From an uncultured Candidatus Saccharibacteria bacterium (GTDB lineage Bacteria > Patescibacteriota > Doudnabacteria > UBA920), in contig CAZQFQ010000003.1 in NCBI GenBank assembly GCA_964592725.1, forward strand, positions 1 through 48,954: a stretch of 48,954 nt of DNA, in the 5' to 3' direction. A model generated the notes under the pieces. It did no database searches. It was given only the letters and a program-made list of their open reading frames with translations, and had not been told where the DNA came from. The translations under genes and the position numbers were made by a program. This document shows positions 24,662 through 33,253 of the stretch, in pieces. Every line of letters begins with the position of its first letter. Position 1 is the stretch's first letter.

Positions 24662-25999
24662 CTAGAAGCTTTTCGATTTCCTTAGTTGGACAATGATTGC
24701 GGGCAAAACTTTTAATACGTAGTCTAAATCCGCTTTGGTCGTTGTTTTGCCCATACTGATCCTTATACTGCTTTTGGCTTCCTTTTTTGACTTACCAATA
24801 GCTAATAGGACATGAGAAGCGTCGCTACTGCCGGTACTGCAGGCACTGCCTGTGGAAACTGCTATGCCATAGCTGTCTAAATATAACATTAGCGCTTCAC
24901 CCTCAACGCCTTTAATAGCAATATTGATGTTATTCGGCAATCTATACGAGGCCGAGGGTAACCCTCGGCTGGAGGGTTGCTTTTGTCCGAGGGTTACCCT
25001 CGGGTCGGGACCATTTAACGTCACCCCATCAATTTCCATCAGTTTTTCTATAAAATACCTCTGCAATTTCCCAATTTCCCAATTTCCCAATTTCTTTTCA
25101 TTTTCTGCAATCTCCAAAGCTTTGGCCAGTCCGACAATCCCCGGAACATTTTCTGTGCCGCTTCTTAAACCCCGCTCCTGCCCGCCGCCGTAAACCAGGG
25201 GCTTTAAATTCACCCCGCTCCTAACATATAAAAAGCCTGTCTGTTTTGGACCATAAATTTTACTCCCGTTTACGGACATTAAATCAACACCCAAACGATT
25301 AACGTTGATATCAAGATACCCTGCGGCTTGACAAGCATCGGTATGCAATACTATCCGTGTTAATCCTTTCCGTTCCCTATCCGTGTTTATCTGTCTCACC
25401 CACTTCCCTATTTTGGCAACAGGTTCTATTGTGCCGATTTCATTATTGGCCAACATTACTGAAATCAAAATTGTTTCGGGTTTGATAGCGGATTTGAGTT
25501 GATCGATTTTTATAAAACCACCTGTCTCAACCCCTATCAAACTTGTCTTATACCCCTCCCCTTCCAGCGCCTTAAAAGAATTTAACACGCAGTGGTGTTC
25601 TATGGCTGAAGTTATAAGATGCGGCGATCCGTGTTTATTCGTTTTAGAATCCGTGTTCATCCGTACCGTACCAAATATTGCAAGATTAACGCTCTCCGTT
25701 CCGCCGGCCGTAAAAATAATTTCCGATGGTTTGGCCCCAATAATATCGGCTATCTTTTTTCTGGATTCTTCAACTGCTTTTTTTGCCTCAATCCCCTGCT
25801 TATACAAACTGGATGGATTGCCAAAAGAACTGCTCCAAAAAGGAGTCATTGCTTTTAAAACCCGCGGATCAACCGGCGTGGACGCCGCGTGGTCCAAATA
25901 AATTAATTTTTTTTGAGGCTTAATTTTTGGTAACATAAAAGTTAAATGAAAGCCGCCGGATAAAATAACCGGCGGCAAAAGAAGGATAGTGTCCACCAA
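24662..25999 (-). CDS. iscS: cysteine desulfurase, IscS/NifS type (class V aminotransferase)
   Basis: YLDHAAST, HTDACQA, SVNGSKIYGPK (PLP Lys) and STGSACSTGS (catalytic Cys loop). The likely true start is MLPKIKPQ at 25936. The CDS carries four repeat-like in-frame inserts. Confidence 0.85.
   Translation of the reverse strand: MVDTILLLPPVILSGGFHLTFMLPKIKPQKKLIYLDHAASTPVDPRVLKAMTPFWSSSFGNPSSLYKQGIEAKKAVEESRKKIADIIGAKPSEIIFTAGGTESVNLAIFGTVRMNTDSKTNKHGSPHLITSAIEHHCVLNSFKALEGEGYKTSLIGVETGGFIKIDQLKSAIKPETILISVMLANNEIGTIEPVAKIGKWVRQINTDRERKGLTRIVLHTDACQAAGYLDINVNRLGVDLMSVNGSKIYGPKQTGFLYVRSGVNLKPLVYGGGQERGLRSGTENVPGIVGLAKALEIAENEKKLGNWEIGKLQRYFIEKLMEIDGVTLNGPDPRVTLGQKQPSSRGLPSASYRLPNNINIAIKGVEGEALMLYLDSYGIAVSTGSACSTGSSDASHVLLAIGKSKKEAKSSIRISMGKTTTKADLDYVLKVLPAIIVQLRKSKSF
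24950..25014. repeat. CCGAGGGT(T/A)ACCCTCGG twin-palindrome element inserted in frame in iscS
   Basis: CCGAGGGTAACCCTCGG, 18-nt spacer, CCGAGGGTTACCCTCGG. Encodes ..PRVTLGQKQPSSRGLPSA.. Same design as 46599-46662 and 47055-47118. Confidence 0.75.
25064..25095. repeat. 8-bp tandem repeat (CAATTTCC x3 plus one imperfect unit) inside iscS
   Basis: Read directly from the sequence. Encodes LGNWEIGKL on the minus strand. Confidence 0.85.
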
Positions 26000-26440
26000 A
26001 AGCTTCGCCCTATAATGGAGAAGCGCCAGAGCTTATCTTTCTGCGGATCAGTTACCTAATCAGCTGGGTGAGCCGAAGATCGCCTGTCTTCGTTTAGTAT
26101 TACTCCCCGTAACACCATCCTCCTTCTTGCCACGTCCCTTGTGTGTTTACCCATTAAGAGTAAAATCGTTGGAATTGCTCCCAAGATCCGGCCGCGCTAT
26201 GCCGGCACAAAAGGCGCTCCGCATGACACCCGCAGAGCAAAGGCTCGGTACTATCTTCCCGGTATTGCATTAGACCTTCGTGAATGTTCCACTTCCCGGA
26301 GCCCCTTTGCCTCCGGTAACCACTAACTAGCTGCAGTTAGTATCACCCTCATCACGAAGAGTAATTATTTCACTTTGGCCTAAGAATACCGATCAAAACT
26401 CCCGATCGATTACAGCTAATAGTACAAAAAGATTAAGAAT
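25990..26440. ncRNA. candidate large structured ncRNA of unknown class
   Basis: About 0.4 kb with stops in all frames and visibly higher GC than the flanks. Many local helices on the minus-strand reading: GCAAAGGGGCUC/GAGCCUUUGC, UUGGGA-GCAA-UUCCAA (GNRA loop), GAAGA-CAGGCGA-UCUUC, CUCUGC-GGGUGUCAU-GCGGAG. Strand and ends not determined. Confidence 0.35.
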
Positions 26441-26443
26441 TTG

Positions 26444-26845
26444 TCAACGGCTGGATTTAATAAACCCGGCGGCCAGGGCTTCGGCTTCGGTGTTAAAGCA
26501 TTGTTCGGGTTTTACGCGCGCGTAAAACGCGCCGCCCTGGACATGGTAAATCTTTTTGCCGGTTGAAGAGATATTTCCTTTTACTATGCACGACGCTGAA
26601 GCCTGGGTGCTGGTTGCCTGCTTGGCAGTCCCCTGTCCTGTTGTGCCGGTTTCCGCGGCCGCTGGTTTTTTAGCCGGAACTGTGGTATAATTTGGATAAG
26701 GTTTACTGCTTTTGTTTGTCTCACGAACATAACTCCCCGCGCCAAAACCGACTATAAAAACCAACACAAAACTAAGCCCCAGCACGAGCTTATCTTTATT
26801 TTCTTTTTGTTTCAGCCAGTCTTTTGCTTTTTCGTAAAACGCCAT
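26444..26845 (-). CDS. membrane-anchored protein with a C-terminal 'sunset'-type small domain
   Basis: N-terminal TM helix, a Thr/Ala-rich linker, then CIVKGNISSTGKKIYHVQGGAFYARVKPEQCFNTEAEALAAGF. This is the KGNI..KIYH..G..Y...CF.[ST]E.EA.AAGF pattern. Confidence 0.5.
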   Translation of the reverse strand: MAFYEKAKDWLKQKENKDKLVLGLSFVLVFIVGFGAGSYVRETNKSSKPYPNYTTVPAKKPAAAETGTTGQGTAKQATSTQASASCIVKGNISSTGKKIYHVQGGAFYARVKPEQCFNTEAEALAAGFIKSSR

Positions 26846-26876
26846 TGGCTTAACTATAGCACATTTTACCTGACTT

Positions 26877-28253
26877 ATGAAATACGCCTTTATTTTAGGG
26901 AGGGTTTATACTTTATCGGTCGCCGAACTTTTGGCTGTTTTGGAAAAAACAGATGCCTCTTTAAATTTAACCGGAGAGCCTGTCAAAATTTTGGAAGCTT
27001 CGGAAGAAGTTTTGATAGTGGAAACTAGCAAACCCCTTAACGCGGAGCGTCTGCAAAAAAAACTGGGCGGAGTAATAAAAATTTTGGAAGTTGTTGATAT
27101 TATAAAAAAACGCGAGCAGGATTCGGTTAACTTTGCCCTAAAGCATTATTTTAAACCGGGAATTTTAAAAAATAAATTCTTTAAAGATTACAAAGGCAAA
27201 GTGCAATTCGGTTTGAGCATTTATGTTTTGGATATGGATTTGCTCAAGCGGCCTCAACCGAATTTCAGAGATAAAGATCGGGGGCAATCTTTTTCCGCCG
27301 GAGGCGGATCGTCCCTTGGCGGAAACTCCATCTTTAGTGAACCAAAGCGCATCGGAATGATGATAAAAAACGGGCTCACCGAAAGCGGCGCGAGCGCAAG
27401 ACTGGTTTTGCCGGAATACAATTCCCTATCTTTGGCTTCCGTAGTCGTTACCAAAAATTTATTGTTGCAAAAAGGCGCGGAAATTTGCATTCTGGCGGCC
27501 AAAGATAACATTTTTACCGCCAAGACTTTAACCGTGCAGGATTTTGAAGACTACGGCAGAAGGGATTACCAACGTCCTGCCCGCAACGAAAAACAGGGAA
27601 TGATTCCGCCGAAAGTGGCGCAAATTATGCTTAACCTTTCGGGTTGTAAATCCGGTAACGGAATTTTGGATCCGTTTTGCGGCATCGGCACAATCATTCA
27701 GGAAGGTTTACTGCTCGGCTTCCGGATGATTGGCAGTGATATTAATAAAATCGCGATAAAGGGTTCGGAGCAAAATTTGGAATGGTTCCGCAACCGCTAC
27801 AAAATCGCCCCGGGGAAATACGGCGTAGAAGTTTCCGACGCGGCAAAAGTCGCCGATCTAATTGAAAAATCTAAAAGCCAAATAGCCGCCATTGTTACCG
27901 AAGGCACACTTGGACCGATTTACGGCCAATACCCCAAAGCCGATGAAATTGCCAAAAATTTTAAAGACCTGGAAAAACTTTACAAAGCCAGTTTTAAAGA
28001 GTTTGCCAAATTCCTGCCAAAACAAGCCAGAATTGTTATGTGTATTCCGGCTTACAGAAAAAACCGCGACCAATACGAAATGTTCCCCTCTCTTGACTTC
28101 GCGACCGAGTTAGGATATAATTTAGTGGATATTATTTCTCCGACCGTAACTAAAAAGCTTAAATTCCTTAAGCTCACAGCCAGAAACACGGCAATTTACG
28201 ATCGAAAGGATCAGGTAGTCGCGAGGGAGATAGTTGTTTTTCAAAAAAATTAA
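26877..28253 (+). CDS. putative SAM-dependent RNA methyltransferase (Trm11/UPF0020-like)
   Basis: C-terminal Rossmann motif I, ILDPFCGIGTIIQEG, and GSDIN. The motif IV position reads TEGTLGP rather than DPPYG. Contains the repeat-derived insert SFSAGGGSSLGGN. Confidence 0.5.
   Translation: MKYAFILGRVYTLSVAELLAVLEKTDASLNLTGEPVKILEASEEVLIVETSKPLNAERLQKKLGGVIKILEVVDIIKKREQDSVNFALKHYFKPGILKNKFFKDYKGKVQFGLSIYVLDMDLLKRPQPNFRDKDRGQSFSAGGGSSLGGNSIFSEPKRIGMMIKNGLTESGASARLVLPEYNSLSLASVVVTKNLLLQKGAEICILAAKDNIFTAKTLTVQDFEDYGRRDYQRPARNEKQGMIPPKVAQIMLNLSGCKSGNGILDPFCGIGTIIQEGLLLGFRMIGSDINKIAIKGSEQNLEWFRNRYKIAPGKYGVEVSDAAKVADLIEKSKSQIAAIVTEGTLGPIYGQYPKADEIAKNFKDLEKLYKASFKEFAKFLPKQARIVMCIPAYRKNRDQYEMFPSLDFATELGYNLVDIISPTVTKKLKFLKLTARNTAIYDRKDQVVAREIVVFQKN
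27291..27325. repeat. TTTTCCGCC..GGCGGAAA double-hairpin repeat inserted in frame in the methyltransferase gene
   Basis: TTTTCCGCCGGAGGCGGATCGTCCCTTGGCGGAAA. Confidence 0.75.
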
Positions 28254-28327
28254 TTTAGCGAATAGGCAATAGTCAATAGGCAACAGTCCTATTCCCTATT
28301 CTCTATTCCCTATTCTCTAGGTAAAAT

Positions 28328-28609
28328 ATGGCTCATAAAAAAGCAGGCGGCAGTACAGCACTAGGCCGCGATTCAGTATCTAAAAGATTAGGCGTTAAAA
28401 TTTTCGGCGACCAGGCCGTAAAAAAAGGCCAAATTATTGTCCGCCAAAAAGGCACCAAATACCACCCCGGCAAGAATGTTGACATGGGCGGCGATTCTAC
28501 TTTGTATTCCCTGGCCGATGGCCTTGTCCAATTCCAGCATAAAATGACAAAAAGATTCCACGGCAATTTACGAAAGACAAAAATAGTAAATGTTGTACCT
28601 GCAAAATAG
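28328..28609 (+). CDS. rpmA: 50S ribosomal protein L27
   Basis: [45 protein letters not shown], a canonical L27 N-terminus. Confidence 0.95.
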   Translation: MAHKKAGGSTALGRDSVSKRLGVKIFGDQAVKKGQIIVRQKGTKYHPGKNVDMGGDSTLYSLADGLVQFQHKMTKRFHGNLRKTKIVNVVPAK

Positions 28610-28636
28610 GTCTTATAGGACTAATTCGACAAATTT

Positions 28637-28665
28637 AAAACCCCGCTACTTAGGCGGGGTTTTTT
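28637..28665. terminator. bidirectional rho-independent terminator
   Basis: AAAACCCCGC-tactta-GGCGGGGTTTTTT. Confidence 0.8.
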
Positions 28666-28987
28666 GTAAATTCTCTAAGGCCCTTTTGAGCGTTGGCATA
28701 GCAACTTCATTCAAATGTTTTGAAACTAATCCTTCGGGCAAATCTAAATTCGGGCTGTCGTTCCAATCTGTTGAACTAAGAATAAAAGCATGAAAAAATT
28801 GACTTTCATCAGCGGCATTACCTCTGCTTCTCCAACCCCTAACAGGAATTGTAATCAAATCTGTTTCCAACTGCTCATAAACATCAACATTTAATTTTAA
28901 TATCTTCCTAAACAAACCGTACATTTCATGAACCTTGCAATTAAAGTCCGCCAAAGCCGCTTCTTTTTTTTCGACTTCAAAATCCAT
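28646..28987 (-). CDS. hypothetical protein
   Basis: 113-aa ORF whose start lies 1 nt from the pyrG stop. No recognisable motif. Its 3' end runs into the terminator hairpin. Confidence 0.45.
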   Translation of the reverse strand: MDFEVEKKEAALADFNCKVHEMYGLFRKILKLNVDVYEQLETDLITIPVRGWRSRGNAADESQFFHAFILSSTDWNDSPNLDLPEGLVSKHLNEVAMPTLKRALENLQKTPPK

Positions 28988-28988
28988 A

Positions 28989-30686
28989 TTATTTCTTTAA
29001 TTTCACCACAGCTTTCATAAACCCGGCAAATAGCGGATGCGGGGAAAGCGGGCGGGATTGGAATTCCGGGTGGAATTGGGAGCCCACAAAGAATGGGTGA
29101 TTTTTTAGCTCGACGATTTCAACAAGTTTGCCGTCCGGAGTTGTTCCGGATATTATAAGGCCGGCTTTTTCCAGGCGCTCGCGATAGGCGTTGTTAAATT
29201 CATAACGGTGGCGGTGGCGTTCGTTAATCTTAGCCTTGCCGGTTTTACCGATTAGTTTAGCTTCGAGATAGCATTTTTCCGTCAGCGTGCCGCGAGTTAT
29301 AACGCAATCCCAGCCTCCCAATCTCATTGTGGCACCGTATTCGCGGTTTAGGAGCTTCTTTTCCTGGTCAGGCATAATGTGGATAACCGGGTGCGGGGTA
29401 TCGTCGTCAACTTCGGTTGTATTGGCCGATTTTAATCCTGCCACGTGGCGGGCAAATTCAATAGTGGCCATTTGCATACCGTAGCACAAACCCAAATATG
29501 GAATGTTATTTTCCCGCGCGTATTCAATAGTTTGAATCATACCTTCAGTTCCTCTTGTGCCAAAGCCGCCAGGCACCACAATCCCGTCAAATTTTTCCAA
29601 AACTTTTTTAGCTCCTTGCTTTTCCACGTCTATGCTGGAAATCCAGTGCAAATTCGCCTTGACGCCGTTATGCCAGGAACCGTGTTTGATGGCCTCCACG
29701 ACGGATATATAAACGTCGGCAAGTTTGTAGGCGCCGGTTTCGTAATATTTTCCCACGACCGCGATGTTAACTTCTTTTTTCGAAGAGTTAATTCGCGTAA
29801 TATTGCCGACAAGCTTTTTCCACTCTTTAAAATCGTTTTTTCTCGGCCTCATACCGAATTCTTCCAAAATTTTGTCCGTCAAATGCTGTTGTTCAAAATT
29901 CATCGGCACTTTATATATGCTGTCCACATTCGGCGCCGCTATAATGTGCTGGACCGGCACGCTGGTGACCCACGCCAAAGTTTCCTTGCGGCGGTCGTCA
30001 ATGGGTTTTTCCGCGCGGCAAATTAAAAAGTCGGGCTGGATGCCGCTGCCGTTTAAAATCCTGACTGAAGTCTGAACGGGCTTGGATTTCATTTCACCGA
30101 CGCTCGGCGGAGTCGGCAAATAACCGACGTGGACATGAATGACATCCCGCCCATCGCGATACTTCATAATGCGGTTGGCTTCCATATACAAAACGTTTTG
30201 ATACTCCCCTACCGTGCCCCCGATTTCCACAATCACAAAATCCGCCTTGCGCTCCTGTGCCGCCTTTTCAAACCGCGCGATAATGGCTTCCGGAACATGC
30301 GGCACAATTTCCACGTCTTCGCCGTCGTATTCAAAATTGCGTTCTTTTTGGATGATGCTCTGGTAAATTTGGCCGTTGGTTACGTAGTTGGAAGATGACA
30401 AATCGGTGTTAATAAAGCGCTCATAATTGCCCAGGTCCTGGTCGGTTTCCACACCGTCCTTGGTTACAAACACTTCGCCGTGCTCCTGCGGACGGATGGT
30501 TCCGGCATCCACGTTTAAATACATATCGCACTTTACCGGCGCCACGCTGTATCCGCGGCTTTCAAGCAACGCGGCAATGGACGCTGTGGTAACTCCTTTA
30601 CCGACCGACGATATAACGCCTCCGGAAACAAAAATAAACTTGGTGTCTAACTTTTTGGCCTTGCGGGCTTTGATGTGATAGGACAT
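28989..30686 (-). CDS. pyrG: CTP synthase
   Basis: 565 aa: KFIFVSGGVISSVGKG, a synthase domain and a GATase domain with LGLCYGMQ (Cys nucleophile) and HRHRYE. Confidence 0.97.
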   Translation of the reverse strand: MSYHIKARKAKKLDTKFIFVSGGVISSVGKGVTTASIAALLESRGYSVAPVKCDMYLNVDAGTIRPQEHGEVFVTKDGVETDQDLGNYERFINTDLSSSNYVTNGQIYQSIIQKERNFEYDGEDVEIVPHVPEAIIARFEKAAQERKADFVIVEIGGTVGEYQNVLYMEANRIMKYRDGRDVIHVHVGYLPTPPSVGEMKSKPVQTSVRILNGSGIQPDFLICRAEKPIDDRRKETLAWVTSVPVQHIIAAPNVDSIYKVPMNFEQQHLTDKILEEFGMRPRKNDFKEWKKLVGNITRINSSKKEVNIAVVGKYYETGAYKLADVYISVVEAIKHGSWHNGVKANLHWISSIDVEKQGAKKVLEKFDGIVVPGGFGTRGTEGMIQTIEYARENNIPYLGLCYGMQMATIEFARHVAGLKSANTTEVDDDTPHPVIHIMPDQEKKLLNREYGATMRLGGWDCVITRGTLTEKCYLEAKLIGKTGKAKINERHRHRYEFNNAYRERLEKAGLIISGTTPDGKLVEIVELKNHPFFVGSQFHPEFQSRPLSPHPLFAGFMKAVVKLKK

Positions 30687-30697
30687 AGGATTGATTA

Positions 30698-30734
30698 TTT
30701 TCCACCGAAGGTGGATCCGCCTCTGGCGGAAAAG
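30698..30734. repeat. TTTTCCACC..GGCGGAAAA double-hairpin repeat (intergenic copy)
   Basis: TTTTCCACCGAAGGTGGATCCGCCTCTGGCGGAAAAG. Confidence 0.7.
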
Positions 30735-30766
30735 ATTAAATGATTTAATGATTGAAAGATTTTACA

Positions 30767-30891
30767 GTGTCATTGTGAGGAGTGCATCCGATTTATCCGC
30801 CAAAGCTTTAGTGAAGGCGGACGAAGCAGTCAATCATTAGCCCTTTGAAGCCCTTTGATTAAGACCGCTTCGGCTGCACTCGCGATGACAC
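30767..30891. repeat. diverged GTCAT(T/C)..GATGAC palindromic element
   Basis: GTGTCATTGTGAGGAGTGCATCCGA....CGGCTGCACTCGCGATGACAC. Termini and the GTGCATCCGA word are shared with the 40048 and 17351 copies. Confidence 0.55.
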
Positions 30892-30895
30892 AATA

Positions 30896-31480
30896 TTAAT
30901 TGGTAAATTTAAAAGTTTTAATAATTTCGGCAAATTCATTACCTATCTGATCGGGAACGAGAGTATCAATTCGATAAGTATTTCCCTTATGGTCAACGAG
31001 TATTTGGAAATCAGGGCTGTCTGTTTCGTAATCGGCCGTTTCGCCGCCAATGGTTATAATTTCGTTCGGCATATTTCTCCTCCTAATAAGTTCAGCGGCA
31101 CTAATACAATTAAAACAACCCTCGTTGGTAGGATATATGCTTATAGCCACACCGCACACAACACCCAAGTTGACTATATACTGTTTACCTGCCTGGCCAA
31201 AACAAAGGTCTCCATTTAACTGCGATTCGGTCCAGCCTTGGGGAATATTCATCTGGAAGCCATACTGTGAATTTTTATAAGTTTTCCAGCTTTCGGTTTG
31301 CGCGGGAGTCGTTGTTGCCGATGGTTTGCTCATCGGCACGGCAGTATAGGCCGCTTCAAGGTCTATTTCAGCTTTTTCCTGGAAATACGCGTCATATTGT
31401 TTATAAACCAACAGCCCGGCGCCGCTGGCGAAGAAAAATACGATTAAACAAAAAAATGCGGATTGTTGTTTGTCGGACAT
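30896..31480 (-). CDS. hypothetical membrane-anchored or secreted protein
   Basis: 194 aa with an N-terminal TM helix (FFCLIVFFFASGAGLLVY). No recognisable motif. Confidence 0.5.
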   Translation of the reverse strand: MSDKQQSAFFCLIVFFFASGAGLLVYKQYDAYFQEKAEIDLEAAYTAVPMSKPSATTTPAQTESWKTYKNSQYGFQMNIPQGWTESQLNGDLCFGQAGKQYIVNLGVVCGVAISIYPTNEGCFNCISAAELIRRRNMPNEIITIGGETADYETDSPDFQILVDHKGNTYRIDTLVPDQIGNEFAEIIKTFKFTN

Positions 31481-31496
31481 ATTACAAGTTATAAAG

Positions 31497-31946
31497 TTAT
31501 AAAACAGCTTCCACTTTAATTTTTACATCAGCAACTATCCCACCGGACAATTTAACTTTTATTTGATGCTCGCCCAGCTGTTTTATGGGGTCGCTTATAT
31601 CAACCTGATTTTTTTCGACCTCAAGGCCGATTTTATCCGAAATTACTTTTGCTACGTCCTTTTCATGCACCCCGCCAAATACCTGGCCTTTATCCCCCAC
31701 TTTAACTTTAACGATGAATGTTCTTTTTTCTAAATCCTGCTTTAAGGCCTGTAATTTCCCAATTTCCTTTAATTTCTTAATTTCCAACTCTTTTGTTTCT
31801 TTGGCAATCCTGGCCTGGATGTCGGCCGTGGCAACCTGCGCAAAACCCTTGGCAATCAAAAAATTCTTGGCGTAACCGTCGTTTACGTCCCTAATTTCGC
31901 CTTTCTTACCGGCTCCGGCCAATTCTTTTATAAAAATTACTTTCAT
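31497..31946 (-). CDS. rplI: 50S ribosomal protein L9
   Basis: [31 protein letters not shown].., a canonical L9 N-domain, long linker helix and C-domain. Confidence 0.93.
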   Translation of the reverse strand: MKVIFIKELAGAGKKGEIRDVNDGYAKNFLIAKGFAQVATADIQARIAKETKELEIKKLKEIGKLQALKQDLEKRTFIVKVKVGDKGQVFGGVHEKDVAKVISDKIGLEVEKNQVDISDPIKQLGEHQIKVKLSGGIVADVKIKVEAVL

Positions 31947-32239
31947 ATTACTGCAAACTGATGAACACGGATTCTTTACGGATTAACGCGGATATCCGTG
32001 TTAATCCGTTTGCTTTGATCCGTGTTTATTTGTGTGTTCTAAATAAAAAAGCCCCGAACGCGAGAGTCGCTGTTTAAGGCTCTTTGTTAGTATATAGGAA
32101 TGCGAATATTTGTCAAATATGCCTGGAAAGTTGTTGGTTTTAAGGCATGGTGGCCAGTTTAGTCGGAAGTCATAAGTTATATGGTACCTCCAACTAATAA
32201 CCTACAACCGTACCGGTCGCCATAACCCAAAACTTCTTA

Positions 32240-33157
32240 CTATGTCTTAAGGTATTTTCGAATCGCCAGCATCGACGAAATTACGGACAGCAACAGCGCC
32301 AAAACAAAAAGGATCAAAACCAAATAGCCAAAATGAAACAGGCTATTGGAATAAATATTCAGTTGCGGGTTTATATAGGCAACTACTTTGGGCAAAACTT
32401 TGTAATAAACCGGCACAAACAAAGCGGCCGTAATAATCGTCGAAAAAATGCTGTACAACAGGCTCTCCATTAAAAACGGCCCGCGGATATACCAGTTGGT
32501 GGCGCCCACCAGCCGCATAATTTCCACTTCTTCTTTGCGGTTATAAATTGTCAGGGTGATGGTATTATATATAACCAAAATGGCGATGAGAGCGAAAATC
32601 GCAACCAAAGCCAAGCCAAAAGTCACCACAAATTTTAGAATCGTATTTAAACGTTCAATAACCACGCGGTTGTCTTCAAAATTTACTTTGTCGATAAAAC
32701 TCTTGTATTGGTCCGATTCCAAATTTTGCGCTACTCCCGGATAGTCGCTCAAATTGTATGTTTTTATGTGCAAGGTCGCCGGCAACGGATTTTGGGTCAG
32801 TTCGTTTAAAGATTCCGTTATAAGCGGGTCATTTTGGTGCGCCGCTTTAAAATTATCAAAAGCCTGCTCGGCGGAAACGTAATCTATTTCCTTAATCCTC
32901 GGATCATGGGCTATGTCATCTTTAATTTTTGTGATTTGGTCGTCGGCCAAACCGATTTTAAAGTACACGCTAATGTCCACGGTATTTTGGATGGTGTGGA
33001 TGGAATAGTTGGTTAAAATAAATACCGTAAAAAGCGAGGAAAAAATTACCAGCGTCACGGTCATAACAATGGTCGCGGCCGCAGACAGCCAAAAATTCCG
33101 CCAAAAATTGACGAAACCGATTTTGATAACGCGTAGGAATGAGATTGAGTCCATCAT
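32240..33157 (-). CDS. ftsX: cell-division ABC permease FtsX
   Basis: 305 aa with an N-terminal TM helix, an extracytoplasmic domain and 3 C-terminal TM helices. Conserved EEVEIMRLVGATNWYIRGPF. Directly downstream of ftsE. Confidence 0.9.
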   Translation of the reverse strand: MMDSISFLRVIKIGFVNFWRNFWLSAAATIVMTVTLVIFSSLFTVFILTNYSIHTIQNTVDISVYFKIGLADDQITKIKDDIAHDPRIKEIDYVSAEQAFDNFKAAHQNDPLITESLNELTQNPLPATLHIKTYNLSDYPGVAQNLESDQYKSFIDKVNFEDNRVVIERLNTILKFVVTFGLALVAIFALIAILVIYNTITLTIYNRKEEVEIMRLVGATNWYIRGPFLMESLLYSIFSTIITAALFVPVYYKVLPKVVAYINPQLNIYSNSLFHFGYLVLILFVLALLLSVISSMLAIRKYLKT

Positions 33158-33253
33158 AAGTTAATTGACAAAATTTAAAAAATTTAAATAATTGACAAAA
33201 TTAGGCTGCAGTTTATTTTTGTCAATTTTGTTCAATTATGTCATTTTTGTTCA

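Noticed and set aside
24950-25095. CRISPR array or other spaced-repeat array
   Set aside because: The twin palindromes occur as single pairs with 18-nt spacers, and the 8-bp units are directly tandem. There is no series of 25-40-nt repeats with unique spacers anywhere in the window, and no cas genes.
25990-26440. Assignment of the structured gap to RNase P RNA, tmRNA or SRP RNA
   Set aside because: The minus-strand string GGAGGCAAAGGGGCUCC superficially resembles the RNase P CR-I (GAGGAAAGUCCGGGCUCC). However, the P4 partner ACAGAANNCGGCUUA and the blocks GGUAAGGGUGAAA, GUGCNACAGAAA and AGAUGAAUG were not found. There is no tRNA-like GGUUCGA..CCACCA end for tmRNA and no GGAAGCAGC SRP motif. 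It is kept only as an unclassified ncRNA candidate.
29445-30026. 193-aa plus-strand ORF and several 60-100-aa ORFs within 29287-30678
   Set aside because: All are antisense or out of frame inside pyrG, whose product is unmistakable. They are shadow ORFs.
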